Origin: Mobula hypostoma
Taxonomy: Eukaryota
Length of the DNA stretch: 64,000 nucleotides
Direction: 5' to 3'
Assembly (NCBI RefSeq): GCF_963921235.1
Contig: NC_086107.1
Location: 46,314,001-46,378,000 of the forward strand
In this document: positions 63,086-64,000 of the stretch, piece by piece
Position numbering within the stretch: position 1 is the first letter of the stretch
Layout: every line of letters starts with the position of its first letter
Made by a program: the position numbers and the translations under genes
Notes under the pieces: model-generated
The model's database searches: none
What the model was told of the DNA's origin: nothing
Seen by the model: only the letters and a program-made list of their open reading frames with translations

Positions 63086-64000
63086 GTGATTGACATGTCT
63101 GATTATATTAAAGGCAAAATGTCCATTTTTAATGGTGCACTCTGAACACACAATATTATGTAAAGCTGTTAAACACAGTTTAGATATGTTCTCAGAATTA
63201 AAGAAAAAGCACATATACTGTAATGTCAATGTAGTTCTATATGTTGCACACACTTAACATACATTGTACAGAAATACTGAACTGGGGGATATGATTTTCA
63301 AAACTTTCCATGACTAGATTCAACACCAGGGAATCAGGTCAGTTTCTCTTCTGGTTGATGAGTGTTCAATTCACTTCCCTTCAAATGTCACCTCTACTAA
63401 AGGCTTAAGTTTAATATTTCAGCTGGAAGCTACATTTCTTTACATCAAAAACAAGAATGGAAAGCAAAATCACTTGCATAATGGGTGATTTCATAGATAG
63501 CCTTTGTCCAGGTTTTAGCTAAGTGGTCACAATCGTCCTTTCAAAGATCCAAATTTGCAAAGTTTAATTCGTAATTCTTAAAAAAATGATTCTGGCTATT
63601 CTGATATCCCCTACTTATTAAAATATAAAGATAAGTGTAAATGGTAAAGCCTTTGATTCACATTTGATGAATCTAGAACTGATAATGCTGTTAACGAATC
63701 CTCTTACCATCCATTCATTATAAATCTGAGGAGCGTCAAATAGTGTGGTATCAATGTACGAAGAGGCAACGTAAGAAAACAATCTCAGTTTGTTCACATA
63801 CATTTAGTTTGGGTTAAGTTAGACAACAGCAGACGAGAACTTAATGTATAGCTCTCAAAGTTATAATCAATTTATTTTGTAAATTGTGTTTAAGGATGAA
63901 TGCACAGGAAAGAAATGAGATGAGAAATACATACCAAATTATGGAGAAACTCAGCAAGTCAGGCAGTGTCTATATAGAAAAATTAACAGTCAATGCTTCA

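Noticed and set aside
1-64000. CRISPR arrays, rRNA or prokaryotic operons
   Set aside because: No regularly spaced repeat-spacer units or rRNA-like sequence; the region has spliceosomal gene structure.

Overview
Eukaryotic, AT-rich, transposon-dense genomic DNA. The repeat families (CR1, Penelope-like, Rex/Babar-like, RTE) suggest a cartilaginous fish, probably a ray; this is inference. There are no prokaryotic features. One spliced host gene can be reconstructed on the + strand, a B7-family immunoglobulin receptor resembling NCR3LG1/B7-H6. Its exons are leader 31768-31819, IgV 37088-37426, IgC1 41605-41889 and TM 42384-42488, all joined in phase 1, with an ISRE-like motif about 70 bp upstream of the ATG. 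Its 3' end (about 43.5-63.8 kb) is a tandem array of duplicated cytoplasmic-tail modules: three copies of a 93-nt internal exon, of which only one has intact splice sites and a YxxL motif, and five copies of a short terminal exon. An antisense retroviral env remnant lies in the intron after the TM exon. A second duplicated small-exon block (5.4-7.6 kb) probably belongs to the tail of an upstream gene. The remainder is nested or fragmented LINEs, SINEs, LTR elements, DNA transposons and Penelope-like elements carrying minimal hammerhead ribozyme remnants. All coordinates and translations were read by eye, and transposon boundaries are approximate unless a target-site duplication is given.
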